64,000 nt of DNA from an uncultured Pseudomonadales bacterium. Lineage in GTDB: Bacteria; Pseudomonadota; Gammaproteobacteria; Pseudomonadales; Azotimanducaceae. The position numbers were made by a program, and so were the translations under genes. Shown in pieces: positions 30,069-38,848 of the stretch. The notes under the pieces were generated by a model. That model saw nothing but the letters and a program-made list of their open reading frames with translations. It was not told where the DNA came from and searched no databases. Positions within the stretch are counted from its first letter, which is position 1. The number at the start of each line of letters is the position of its first letter. The stretch covers positions 2,048 through 66,047 of the forward strand of contig CAYGQC010000001.1 in the NCBI GenBank assembly GCA_964351875.1, read 5' to 3'.

Positions 30069-30881
30069 ATGACCGACAAGCTACTCGACGTTGACGCCGC
30101 CAAAGCGTTGCTGGCCAATGACAGCCGTGACGTCATGTTGATCCAGGTGACGAGTGAGGCGACATATTTACAGGCTCACCTGCCTGGCGCCGTTCTGGTC
30201 ACCCCCGCGGAGCTCGTCAGCGGAGAGCCGCCCGCCACCGGCAAACTTCCGTCGCTGACGCGATTGCAGGGACTCTTTCAACGGCTCGGTCACACAAACC
30301 GCCGCCACTATCTCGTGGTCGATGACGAGGGCGGCGGCTGGGCCGGGCGTTTCATCTGGACTCTGGACATCATTGGTCACCAGCAGTGGAGCTACCTTGA
30401 TGGCGGCATGCATGCCTGGCACGCCGCGGGCGAAGCATTCAGCACGGACCCGGTCGAACCGACGCCGCTAGCCAGCCCGCCAGAGATCGACCTCGACTAC
30501 ACACCGCTGGCGAAGTACGACGAAATCATCGCCAGGCTCGGCGAAGAAGACCTCGTCATCTGGGACGTTCGCTCATACGAAGAATTCACGGGCGCCCGCC
30601 CGGCCGCTGCACGCTCCGGCCATATCCCCGGCGCCGTGCATCTCGACTGGGAAGCGTTGAAAGATCCAACCCGCGATATGCGGCTCGTGAGCAACCTCGG
30701 CGAACTGCTGGGCCGCCATGGCATAACCGCTGACAAAGAAATCATCACCCACTGCCAGACGCACCACCGCTCCGGGCTGTCTTACCTGGTTGGCCGGCTA
30801 CTAGGGTTCCCAAGGATTCGCGCCTACCACGGCTCCTGGTCCGAATGGGGCAACCGCGACGACACGCCGATCGAGCAGTAG
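30069..30881 (+). CDS. rhdA: Tandem-rhodanese thiosulfate sulfurtransferase, RhdA-like
   Basis: Two rhodanese domains and the active-site loop HCQTHHRSG, which is the RhdA-type loop. Confidence 0.85.
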   Translation: MTDKLLDVDAAKALLANDSRDVMLIQVTSEATYLQAHLPGAVLVTPAELVSGEPPATGKLPSLTRLQGLFQRLGHTNRRHYLVVDDEGGGWAGRFIWTLDIIGHQQWSYLDGGMHAWHAAGEAFSTDPVEPTPLASPPEIDLDYTPLAKYDEIIARLGEEDLVIWDVRSYEEFTGARPAAARSGHIPGAVHLDWEALKDPTRDMRLVSNLGELLGRHGITADKEIITHCQTHHRSGLSYLVGRLLGFPRIRAYHGSWSEWGNRDDTPIEQ

Positions 30882-30886
30882 CAGAC

Positions 30887-31714
30887 ATGTCGAAGCCTTT
30901 CATCGCGCTGCAGAGGGCGTTGCCGCAGCACGCGCTATCACGGTTTGGCGGATCGATCGCTGCTAGCGAACGGCGCTGGCTCGCCCAGCCGCTTATCCGT
31001 GGGTTCATGCGCGTATACAAGGTTGATCTCGCGGAAGCCGAACGCGACCAGCCCCAGGACTATCGCTCGTTCAACGATTTCTTCACGAGAAGCCTAAACC
31101 CCGATGCTCGGCCGCTCCCCGAAGACGCGAGCGCCATCGCGTGCCCCGCCGACGGCACCGTCAGCGAAGCCGGACAAATCGAATCGAATCAGTTGCTGCA
31201 GGCAAAAGGCTTTCACTATTCAGCCGATGCGCTGATCGGCGGTGGACCTCTCACCGGCGCATTCGACGGAGGCAGCTTCGCGACCATCTACCTCGCACCG
31301 AGCAACTACCACCGGGTGCTCATGGCGCTCGCTGGGAGGCGCTATGGGTGCGGTGCCATTCGGGGCGAGTTGTAGTCCGTTTATGCGACATGCGCTGGCT
31401 AGGTCGAAGCACTGTTCGCGCGTAACGAACGGCTCGTGTGCGAGTTCGAAGCCGACTTCGGACCGTTTGTGGTTGTACTTGTCGGCGCGCTAATCGTTGC
31501 CAGCATCGAGGCCGTGTTCGATGCGCCCGAATCACCCTACCGCGAGCAGATCGAAACTGAACACGACGTTCGCTTCGAACGCGGTGACGAGCTGGGGCGG
31601 TTTCTGCTGGGCTCGACGGCAATTGTGCTGTTGCCGAAGGGCGCTGGCGTGATCAGCATCGATACCGACGAAGCGGTGCAGATGGGCCAGTCGATCGGAC
31701 TGGTTTCTACCTAG
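30887..31714 (+). pseudogene. psd: Phosphatidylserine decarboxylase proenzyme, frame-preserved but interrupted by two in-frame TAG codons
   Basis: N-part (MSKPFIALQRALPQHALSRFGG...FATIYLAPSNYHRV) and C-part (LFARNERLVCEFEADFGPFVVVLVGALIVASIE...GRFLLGSTAIVLL) are both Psd-like and in the same frame. TAG codons lie at 31373-31375 and 31400-31402. The 31 codons between YHRV and LFARNE have the expected length but have lost the conserved HMP, VPG and SVN residues. Confidence 0.75.
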
Positions 31715-31747
31715 GGAACAGTGGTGGGTGCGAAACAACCATCGAGA

Positions 31748-32479
31748 CTAGTGCCTGTGTTTGGACGCAGTCTTCGAATTCCTGGAGATGAGTCTTCTTC
31801 GCTCCGGGATTTTTACAAGCAGCTCCAGTTCTTTGTGTGCGCACCGCCCTACCCACATACTTGCTTGGCTTGACGCCTCCAGCAGGTTGAGCGCCACGTT
31901 CATGGCAATCTCGTGCGAACCCGTGTCGATCTTCCCTAGCTCGCGTAAGGCCCAGCAACACGCTTGCTTCACATGCTGACGATCATCTCTCGAAGCGCGC
32001 TCAATCAGAGTAGCGAACGTCTCGCTGACATCCTCGTCGATCCTTGGCTGCTTCATGCAATGGTTGGCAATGAGCGCCAGCCCGGCACGCCTTGTGTATA
32101 GAGCGTCATCTGCTATCCAGCGTGCTGCAAGATCCGCGACATCGAGAACCTGCTCGGATACTCGCTTGGCGAAATGATCACACACACCCCACGAATCGAG
32201 TTCGCTAACCCATTTGCCCAATTCATCGGCCGCTTTGTCTGCAAACGGCGCGATGAGTACGGCGAGGATCCGTGCCTCGTGAACGTCGGTACTCCAAAGC
32301 TGTTTCGCCAGCAGCTCGTCTTGTCCCAACCGTCGTGCCAGCTTCCGAAGTTCCGCTGTACTGACGCCGAGAACCTTCCGAACGGGTACGCCGCGTCTGT
32401 TCGCTGTCGCGCGCATGCCTTTAGACGCCAACGACTCCAGTTCGCGGAGCAGGGCCGACAGATTTGTGCGTTCACTCAA
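31748..32479 (-). CDS. DNA alkylation repair enzyme family (AlkC/AlkD-like HEAT-repeat) protein
   Basis: LRKLARRLGQDELLAKQLWSTDVHEARILAVL...WVSELDSWGVCDH fits the DNA_alkylation family pattern. TTG start at 32479 is uncertain (the ORF is open to 32530). Looks lower in GC than its neighbours by eye. Confidence 0.65.
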   Translation of the reverse strand: MSERTNLSALLRELESLASKGMRATANRRGVPVRKVLGVSTAELRKLARRLGQDELLAKQLWSTDVHEARILAVLIAPFADKAADELGKWVSELDSWGVCDHFAKRVSEQVLDVADLAARWIADDALYTRRAGLALIANHCMKQPRIDEDVSETFATLIERASRDDRQHVKQACCWALRELGKIDTGSHEIAMNVALNLLEASSQASMWVGRCAHKELELLVKIPERRRLISRNSKTASKHRH

Positions 32480-32578
32480 TTGACACCGCCTCGCGGGGTT
32501 GCCTGGGGCTCGGAATCCGAGGCAACACAACGCGATGATGCCTCTCGAGGGTTTATTTTGAGCTTTTTTTCACGCTAC

Positions 32579-32605
32579 TGTCGAAATCACCGGAGCTCAT
32601 TCGTT
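32579..32605 (+). promoter_or_regulatory. Candidate ECF-type promoter (TGTCGA - 17 nt - CGTT) upstream of the YCII/ECF sigma pair
   Basis: TGTCGA at 32579-32584 and CGTT at 32602-32605, about 85 nt upstream of the YCII ATG. I recall a TGTCGA-like -35 element being proposed for the ECF42 group, but that recollection is unverified. Confidence 0.25.
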
Positions 32606-32688
32606 ATTCAATCAAGCGCTGGTCCGACTGGCGTATTTGGGCTTCGTCATAACGGAGACCGCTACCACAACAAAATGAGAGACCTGTT

Positions 32689-33042
32689 ATGCAGTACGCA
32701 CTACTGATTCACGAAAGCGAAAGCCATTGGGACGCCATGAGCGAGGCCGAACAGGGCGAGATCATGGCGGGCTACGGCACCTTCAGCCAACACCTGGCGC
32801 AGAGCGGCCAGATTCTCGGCGGCGAACGGCTACAGCCCAGCGACACCGCAACCACCGTGCGAGTACGCGACGGTAAGGTTGCCCTGACCGACGGGCCATT
32901 CACCGAAACCAAGGAGCAGCTCGGCGGATTTTTCCTCATTGAGGCCAAAGACCTCGACGAGGCAACGGCCATAGCCGCGACGATACCGACCGCGACGTAC
33001 GGCTGTGTAGAGGTGCGGCCAATCTGGTTGATGGGTGACTGA
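32689..33042 (+). CDS. YCII-related (DGPF-motif) protein
   Basis: 117 aa. MQYALLIHESE..., the TDGPFTETKEQLGGFFLIEA motif, and VEVRPIW at the end. Confidence 0.85.
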   Translation: MQYALLIHESESHWDAMSEAEQGEIMAGYGTFSQHLAQSGQILGGERLQPSDTATTVRVRDGKVALTDGPFTETKEQLGGFFLIEAKDLDEATAIAATIPTATYGCVEVRPIWLMGD

Positions 33043-34285
33043 CGACCTGCAGCAACTGTATCGAAGCCACTTCGGTCAGCTTGTCGCTTCACTCACCCGT
33101 TTGACGGGCGATCTGGCGCTGGCCGAAGACTCGATCCAGGACGCGTTCGTGAAGGCTGCTGGCGAGTGGTCCGACCGGGAGACGCCCGCTCATGCGGTGG
33201 CCTGGTTGAGAACCACCGCGCGCAACGGTGCGATTGACCACATGCGGCGAACCGCCAGCCGGAGCAAACGCTTGCCGGAGGTCGCTTACATGGAAGAAGT
33301 CACGAGGCCGCAAACGGATCTGCACGCGGCCGTGGACGACGAGAAATCGCTGCTGGCCGATGACATGCTGCGCTTGATCTTTACCTGCTGCCACCCTGCC
33401 CTGCACATTGAGGCGCGAGTCGCGCTCTGCCTCAACACCGTGTGCGGTTTGCGAACCGAGGAGATCGCCAGGGCATTCATCGTCACCGATACGACGATGT
33501 CGCAACGCCTTTGGCGAGCGAAACGCAAGATCCGCGACGCCGGCATCGGCTACAAAGTGCCGGATGACGATGAGCTGGCGGGCCGCCTGGATTCGGTCCT
33601 CGCCGCGATCTACCTGATATTCAACGAAGGCTGGCTGGCGAGCAGTGGTGCTGCCGGGATCCGCGCGGGCCTATGCGAAGAAGCGCTTCGGCTGGCTCGA
33701 CTACTCACGGTTTTGATGCCGACGAACAGTGACCCTCGAGCACTGCTCGGCCTGTTGTTATTGCAGCACAGCCGCCGCGACGCGCGCTTCGACGCTGAAG
33801 GCCAGCTCGTCTTACTGCGCGACCAGGAGAGATCGCTTTGGCGCATCGTTGAGATACGCGAAGGCCTGCAGCTAACTCGAAGGGTGTTCCACGAAGGCAA
33901 CGGAAACACTCGCTACGCTCTCATGGCGGCCATCGCCTGCATGCATGCCAGCGCTCGTTCAGCCAGCACGACCGACTGGGTTGAGATCGCGACGCTGTAC
34001 GAGCACCTGATGGAGCTTGACCCATCTGCCGTTGTCGCTTTGAACTACGCGGTTGCAATAGGGGAGCGCGATGGCCCCAAATCGGGCTTGCAGCAGGTAA
34101 ATCAGTTGGCCGAGTCGGCAACGATGCAGCGCTACTATCTGTTCCACTCCACAAAAGCAGAATTCCTGCGCCGCCTGGGCGAGAACGCAAAAGCGCGTGC
34201 CGCGTATTCAAGGGCGCTTGAGCTTAGTGAGAACGACGTCGAGAGAGAGTTTCTCACGGGCCGGCTGCACAGCCTTCCGCAGTGA
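33035..34285 (+). CDS. ECF sigma factor with a long C-terminal (TPR-like) extension, ECF42-like
   Basis: Sigma2 (DSIQDAFVKAAGEW) and sigma4 (EEIARAFIVTDTTMSQRLWRAKRKI) regions plus a ~220-aa helical extension. 8-nt overlap with the YCII gene. No anti-sigma gene is adjacent. Confidence 0.8.
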   Translation: MTDDLQQLYRSHFGQLVASLTRLTGDLALAEDSIQDAFVKAAGEWSDRETPAHAVAWLRTTARNGAIDHMRRTASRSKRLPEVAYMEEVTRPQTDLHAAVDDEKSLLADDMLRLIFTCCHPALHIEARVALCLNTVCGLRTEEIARAFIVTDTTMSQRLWRAKRKIRDAGIGYKVPDDDELAGRLDSVLAAIYLIFNEGWLASSGAAGIRAGLCEEALRLARLLTVLMPTNSDPRALLGLLLLQHSRRDARFDAEGQLVLLRDQERSLWRIVEIREGLQLTRRVFHEGNGNTRYALMAAIACMHASARSASTTDWVEIATLYEHLMELDPSAVVALNYAVAIGERDGPKSGLQQVNQLAESATMQRYYLFHSTKAEFLRRLGENAKARAAYSRALELSENDVEREFLTGRLHSLPQ

Positions 34286-34339
34286 GAGCCGCTCAAATCG
34301 CAATCGCTTCCATCGCCTGACACAACCGACCGTTGGAGA

Positions 34340-35227
34340 CTACGCGTGCAGGTTCGCATTGAGACCACCCCAACTAACACCCTTTGACGACACCGCCTCC
34401 ACGCTTCCCGTCTGACTGTTTCGTCGAAACAGCAAGCCCGACTGACCCGAGAGTGTTTTCGCCTTCACGACTTCACCACTAGCAAGCTTCACTAGCGTGC
34501 CTGCTGTTATATACAAACCCGCCTCGACGACACATTGGTCTCCGAGTGATATCCCGATTCCCGCATTCGCGCCGAGCAGGCTTCTCTCACCGATCGAGTT
34601 CACTTCTTTACCGCCGCCGGAGAGCGTGCCCATGATGGATGAGCCAGCACCGACGTCCGAACCGGCGCCCACGATGACGCCTGGAGTCACACGGCCCTCG
34701 ACCATAGCCGCGCCGATCGTGCCCGCGTTGAAGTTGACAAAGCCTTCGTGCATTACCGTCGTTCCCGGCCACAGATGCGCGCCAAGCCGTACTCGATCAG
34801 CGTCCGCAATGCGCACGCCCTCCGGCACAACGTAGTCGACCATTCGCGGAAACTTATCGATCGAGTGAACCGTCAGATAATGTCCCTCGTCAGCAACAGC
34901 CTCACGCAGCTCGTCCAGCCGTTCGGGCAGCACCGGTCCGGCGGATGTCCACGCGACGTTAGTCAGTAGTCCGAAGATGCCATCGAGATTAATCGAGTTC
35001 GGCCGGCGCTGACATTCAGACAACAGGTGCAAGCGCAGGTATACGTCTTCGATGCTGCCGGGTGCGTCATCGAGGTCAGCCATTTCAATCTCGATGCTAT
35101 CGGATTGGGTGAGCCCCACCTTCTCCGACAAACAGCCACGCTTGCTGGGTTTGTTGGATCGAGGGAACCAGACATCCAGGGTCGTTCCGCTCTTGGCATC
35201 TCGGTATCGGTGTCCCCAACGCTTCAT
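34340..35227 (-). CDS. dapD: 2,3,4,5-tetrahydropyridine-2,6-dicarboxylate N-succinyltransferase (long, actinobacterial/Pseudomonas-type DapD)
   Basis: AYLRLHLLS-like DVYLRLHLLS, DKFPRMVDYVVPEGVRIADADRVRLGAHL, and hexapeptide repeats (MHEGFVNFNAGT, GTLSGGG, LLFRRNS). Confidence 0.88.
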   Translation of the reverse strand: MKRWGHRYRDAKSGTTLDVWFPRSNKPSKRGCLSEKVGLTQSDSIEIEMADLDDAPGSIEDVYLRLHLLSECQRRPNSINLDGIFGLLTNVAWTSAGPVLPERLDELREAVADEGHYLTVHSIDKFPRMVDYVVPEGVRIADADRVRLGAHLWPGTTVMHEGFVNFNAGTIGAAMVEGRVTPGVIVGAGSDVGAGSSIMGTLSGGGKEVNSIGERSLLGANAGIGISLGDQCVVEAGLYITAGTLVKLASGEVVKAKTLSGQSGLLFRRNSQTGSVEAVSSKGVSWGGLNANLHA

Positions 35228-35373
35228 AAATCACTTCCCAGAGTTTCGCCGGCGACTATAGCTGACGGTCGCAATCGGAAAAATGCGATAGCTGGTGCAA
35301 ACTCAGGCTTCGGCGCACTATCCAGGGGCTTATCGCTCTTTCCGCGAAGGTAACTGCCCTAACGAGGTGATAC

Positions 35374-36129
35374 ATGTCCTGTTTTCACGCCATTCGATCC
35401 GCACTGCTCGTTTTTGGGCTCATGGTTGCCGGCTGCGGAGGTGGCAGTCACGGCGATCTCGATGCCGACTCGGTGCTCGCACTCGAGATTGGGGTTGTCT
35501 CCATTCTGGCATCGCCAAACGCCATGTTCCCGATTACGGCCTCTGACGCCCTAATGCAGCGTGTCCAGCAGCACGAAGGGATTCACCGAGACGTCTCAGC
35601 GTTCGGGATGATGGGCCGGGGCCGCATCATCAGCGATGGCCCGGGGCGACTGTTGACCTGCCGCATCTCGGGCCCGGTTAACGCCTCGGTAGAAGTCCGC
35701 AACGGCGAGATTGGGCTACGGGAGGGTGAAATCTATGTTGTCGAGGGCACGCTTCTCACCAACGCAGAAGGCCGAGAATTCTCCTTTCTCGACGGTACCT
35801 GGCACGAGGCGGCGGGCAGCCAACGAGACTCTCACGAGCAAGCCATTATCATTTCGGTAGATTTTTCTGAAGATAAATCGAAGGCGCTCGGTTTATTTGA
35901 GAGCGACGTTATGGAGCTAACCGAGAAGATCGCGCAGCTCCACGAACGCAGCTCCGTTGGCACCAATGACGTCGACGCGTTGATACAAATACTCGCTGAT
36001 CTACCTGTCACCCTGAGCAATCAAGTGACAGTAAAGCTAGGAGATATCGCCCTGATTCGTAGCGAGCGCACTGATGCAGGTAGCGAAGTGCTGGTATTCA
36101 GCTATCAGGGACGACGCTTTCCGGAGTGA
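35374..36129 (+). CDS. Hypothetical lipoprotein
   Basis: Lipobox (LLVFGLMVAG|C followed by GGGSHG). No recognisable family. Appears lower in GC by eye. Confidence 0.55.
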   Translation: MSCFHAIRSALLVFGLMVAGCGGGSHGDLDADSVLALEIGVVSILASPNAMFPITASDALMQRVQQHEGIHRDVSAFGMMGRGRIISDGPGRLLTCRISGPVNASVEVRNGEIGLREGEIYVVEGTLLTNAEGREFSFLDGTWHEAAGSQRDSHEQAIIISVDFSEDKSKALGLFESDVMELTEKIAQLHERSSVGTNDVDALIQILADLPVTLSNQVTVKLGDIALIRSERTDAGSEVLVFSYQGRRFPE

Positions 36130-36263
36130 TCGAAATTTAAAGGTCGAGGAAAGAGAGGTCGGGGAAAATTCTACGGCTCCACCTGCCCCGGCCGACGGAA
36201 TACCGGCACAGGCAATGGAGTCCGGTCGACTCGAAAAGACCAGCGGACAAATCATATTGAGTG

Positions 36264-37106
36264 CTACCGCCACCTCGGCAGGACACTCTCGATGGACGTT
36301 TGGCCGGCTGCCAACATCAACAATCGATCAACCCCAAGCGCAACGCCGGCGCAGTCAGGCAGCCCTGACTTCATCACCGCCAAAAAATCCGCGTCCAACT
36401 CTGGCTCGATCAAGCCCTGCTTGCGCCTCGTTTCGAGATCAACAGCAAAGCGCCCTTCAAGCACCTCGCTGGACGTCTCTTCCCAATAGCCATTCGCGAT
36501 CTCGACACCGTCGATGACCAGCTCGAAACGCGCGGCGACCGAGTCATCTTCGGGTCGCAATCTCGCTAGCGCTGCCTGCTCGGCGGGATAGTCGGTGATG
36601 AAATGGCGGCCTTTCGGCAAGCCTGAAACCGCGCGGTCGAATCGCTCGGACTCAGCAATCTCCGCAGGCACATCGACCACAGGGACTTGGCTGACAAGAT
36701 CGGCGTACGTGTGATGTTCATAGGCACCGGCGCCGAGTAGCGCATCGCTCAGCGCTGAGACTTCATCCATCAACAGAGCGTCATCGAAACCCAGCCGATA
36801 CCACTCGAGCATGGTGAATTCGGGGTTATGCAGACGGCCGACTTCGTCGGCGCGAAAACACGGGCCGAGGCTATAGAGGCTAGGTGCGCCGTGGGCGAGT
36901 AGAATCTTGAGGTAGGCTTCAGGAGAGGTTTGCAGGAAGCCGCCTCGTGTTGGGAGGCTTTCCAGGGCAACGTCGGTGACCGTCCAGGGGCGGAGTGTGG
37001 GAGCGGTCACCTCGAGCACGCCGCGCTCAGCAAAGAACGCGCGGATCGCAGCCAGCGCCTGCGCTCGTCGCCGCAGGCTGACGACCAGCGGCGAAGACTC
37101 GCTCAT
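36264..37106 (-). CDS. epmA: EF-P-(R)-beta-lysine ligase (truncated class II LysRS paralogue)
   Basis: LQTSPEAYLK, FRADEVGRLHNPEFTMLEWY, ELANGY-like EIANGY, and GLPDCAGVALGVDRL. It lies 1 nt downstream of efp. Confidence 0.9.
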   Translation of the reverse strand: MSESSPLVVSLRRRAQALAAIRAFFAERGVLEVTAPTLRPWTVTDVALESLPTRGGFLQTSPEAYLKILLAHGAPSLYSLGPCFRADEVGRLHNPEFTMLEWYRLGFDDALLMDEVSALSDALLGAGAYEHHTYADLVSQVPVVDVPAEIAESERFDRAVSGLPKGRHFITDYPAEQAALARLRPEDDSVAARFELVIDGVEIANGYWEETSSEVLEGRFAVDLETRRKQGLIEPELDADFLAVMKSGLPDCAGVALGVDRLLMLAAGQTSIESVLPRWR

Positions 37107-37107
37107 G

Positions 37108-37680
37108 TCAGCCTTTGGCTCGGCTGACGTATTCGCCGCTGCGCGTATCTACCTTCAATACGTCGCCGATGTTCACGAACAGCGGTACTTTGATTGTTGC
37201 GCCGGTCGTTAGCGTGGCGGGTTTGGTGCCGCCCTGGGCGGTATCACCCTTGAGGCCTGGATCGGTTTCAATGACTTCCAGCTCGACAAAGTTGGCGACG
37301 GACACGCCGATCGGATCTTCATTCCACAGCACAAGCTGGCAGACGTCCTGCTCCTTGAGCCAGTCCTTGGCATCGCCAACGACATCGTTGGTAGCTGCGA
37401 CCTGCTCGAAGCTGCCATCGGTGCGCATGAAGTGGAAGAACTCACCGTCGCTGTACAGAAACTCCATATCGGTTTCCATGACGTCAGCGCCTTCCAGAGA
37501 CTCACCGGACTTGAACGTTCGCTCCCAGACACGGCCGTTCTTCAGGTTGCGCATCTTCACCCGATTGAACGCCTGACCTTTGCCGGGTTTGACGAATTCG
37601 TTCTCGAGAATCGAACACGGATCGCCGTCCAGCATGACTTTCAAGCCGCTCTTGAATTCATTGGTAGAATAGCTGGCCAT
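37108..37680 (-). CDS. efp: Elongation factor P
   Basis: [22 protein letters not shown]...VKPGKGQAF, which contains the beta-lysylation Lys loop. Confidence 0.97.
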   Translation of the reverse strand: MASYSTNEFKSGLKVMLDGDPCSILENEFVKPGKGQAFNRVKMRNLKNGRVWERTFKSGESLEGADVMETDMEFLYSDGEFFHFMRTDGSFEQVAATNDVVGDAKDWLKEQDVCQLVLWNEDPIGVSVANFVELEVIETDPGLKGDTAQGGTKPATLTTGATIKVPLFVNIGDVLKVDTRSGEYVSRAKG

Positions 37681-37703
37681 AAATCTTCCACGGAAAAACG
37701 CGA

Positions 37704-38696
37704 ATGATACCCGCTAGCGAGCTTTCGTGGCGATTCGAGTCCTGGCAGCACCAGCTCAAGCATGCCGTGCGCGACCCCGAGGAGCTGCTGAGGCGGCTCG
37801 GCCTCGAAGCGAGCGCGCTCGCCATCGATCTGCGACCCGATTTCCCGGTCCGAGTGCCCGAGGCCTTTATCGCTCGGATGTCGCCTGGCAATGCCGATGA
37901 TCCTCTTCTGCGTCAAGTGCTGCCGTTACTCGACGAGCGAGTAACGACACCCGGCTACGGCCTGGATCCGCTGGCCGAATCGAATGCGACGCTGAGCCCT
38001 GGGCTGCTGCAGAAGTACAACGGCCGGGCTCTAGCGATTACCACTGGTGCGTGCGCGGTGCATTGCCGGTACTGCTTTCGCAGGCACTTCCCCTACGGTG
38101 ATTCCGGCGCGCTGAGCAGCAAACACCTGGCTGAGTTAGCAAATCGATCCGATGTGCAGGAACTGATTCTCTCCGGAGGTGACCCGCTCTCCCTACCGGA
38201 CGCCATCCTGGCCAGGCTGCTCGACGAGATTGACGAGCTGCCCCACATTCGGCGCATCCGCCTGCATACCCGCCTGCCTATTGTGATTCCGGCGCGCGTC
38301 ACCGGTGAGTTGTTGAGGATGTTGGCCGACCGGCGCACGACTGTGACGGTTGTCGTACATGCGAACCACGCTCAGGAGCTGGATCAAGACACGAGCGATG
38401 CGTTATCCGCGCTCAAGCAATCCTCTACCGCGCTGTTGAACCAGTCGGTCTTGCTGGCTGGAGTTAACGACAACGTGGACACACTGACCGACCTTAGCAA
38501 TCGTCTCGGTGATATTGGCGTTATGCCCTACTACCTGCACATGCCGGATGCAGTCACCGGCACTCAGCATTTTGATGTAACCGAGATCCAGGCGCGGCAG
38601 ATCATGGCCGAGCTGCGCGCGCGCCTGCCCGGTTACCTTGTCCCCAGATTGGTGCGCGAAGAGCCGGGAAAAGACAGCAAAACCGTACTCGTGTGA
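37704..38696 (+). CDS. epmB: EF-P beta-lysylation lysine 2,3-aminomutase (radical SAM)
   Basis: [11 protein letters not shown] radical-SAM cluster motif and SGGDPL. Divergent from efp, with only 23 bp between the start codons. Confidence 0.92.
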   Translation: MIPASELSWRFESWQHQLKHAVRDPEELLRRLGLEASALAIDLRPDFPVRVPEAFIARMSPGNADDPLLRQVLPLLDERVTTPGYGLDPLAESNATLSPGLLQKYNGRALAITTGACAVHCRYCFRRHFPYGDSGALSSKHLAELANRSDVQELILSGGDPLSLPDAILARLLDEIDELPHIRRIRLHTRLPIVIPARVTGELLRMLADRRTTVTVVVHANHAQELDQDTSDALSALKQSSTALLNQSVLLAGVNDNVDTLTDLSNRLGDIGVMPYYLHMPDAVTGTQHFDVTEIQARQIMAELRARLPGYLVPRLVREEPGKDSKTVLV

Positions 38697-38848
38697 TCTA
38701 ACTGGCCGACCGACAGCTTCCTTGCCCATCGCGCCAACGACTACTCGAGTGCAGTTTGTGTCATGTCGCTCACTGGCGTTGGTCGAAACCTCTTATACTT
38801 TCAGCCTCGACTCCCGCAACTTCGAACCGGACGTTCACAGCAGGCGAC

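Noticed and set aside
31373-31402. The idea that the two in-frame TAGs in psd reflect amber recoding or suppression (e.g. a reassigned TAG).
   Set aside because: TAG is used as an ordinary terminator elsewhere in the window (queG at 29403-29405, pilin at 14939-14941). Conserved residues around the TAGs are also degraded, which points to decay or sequence error.
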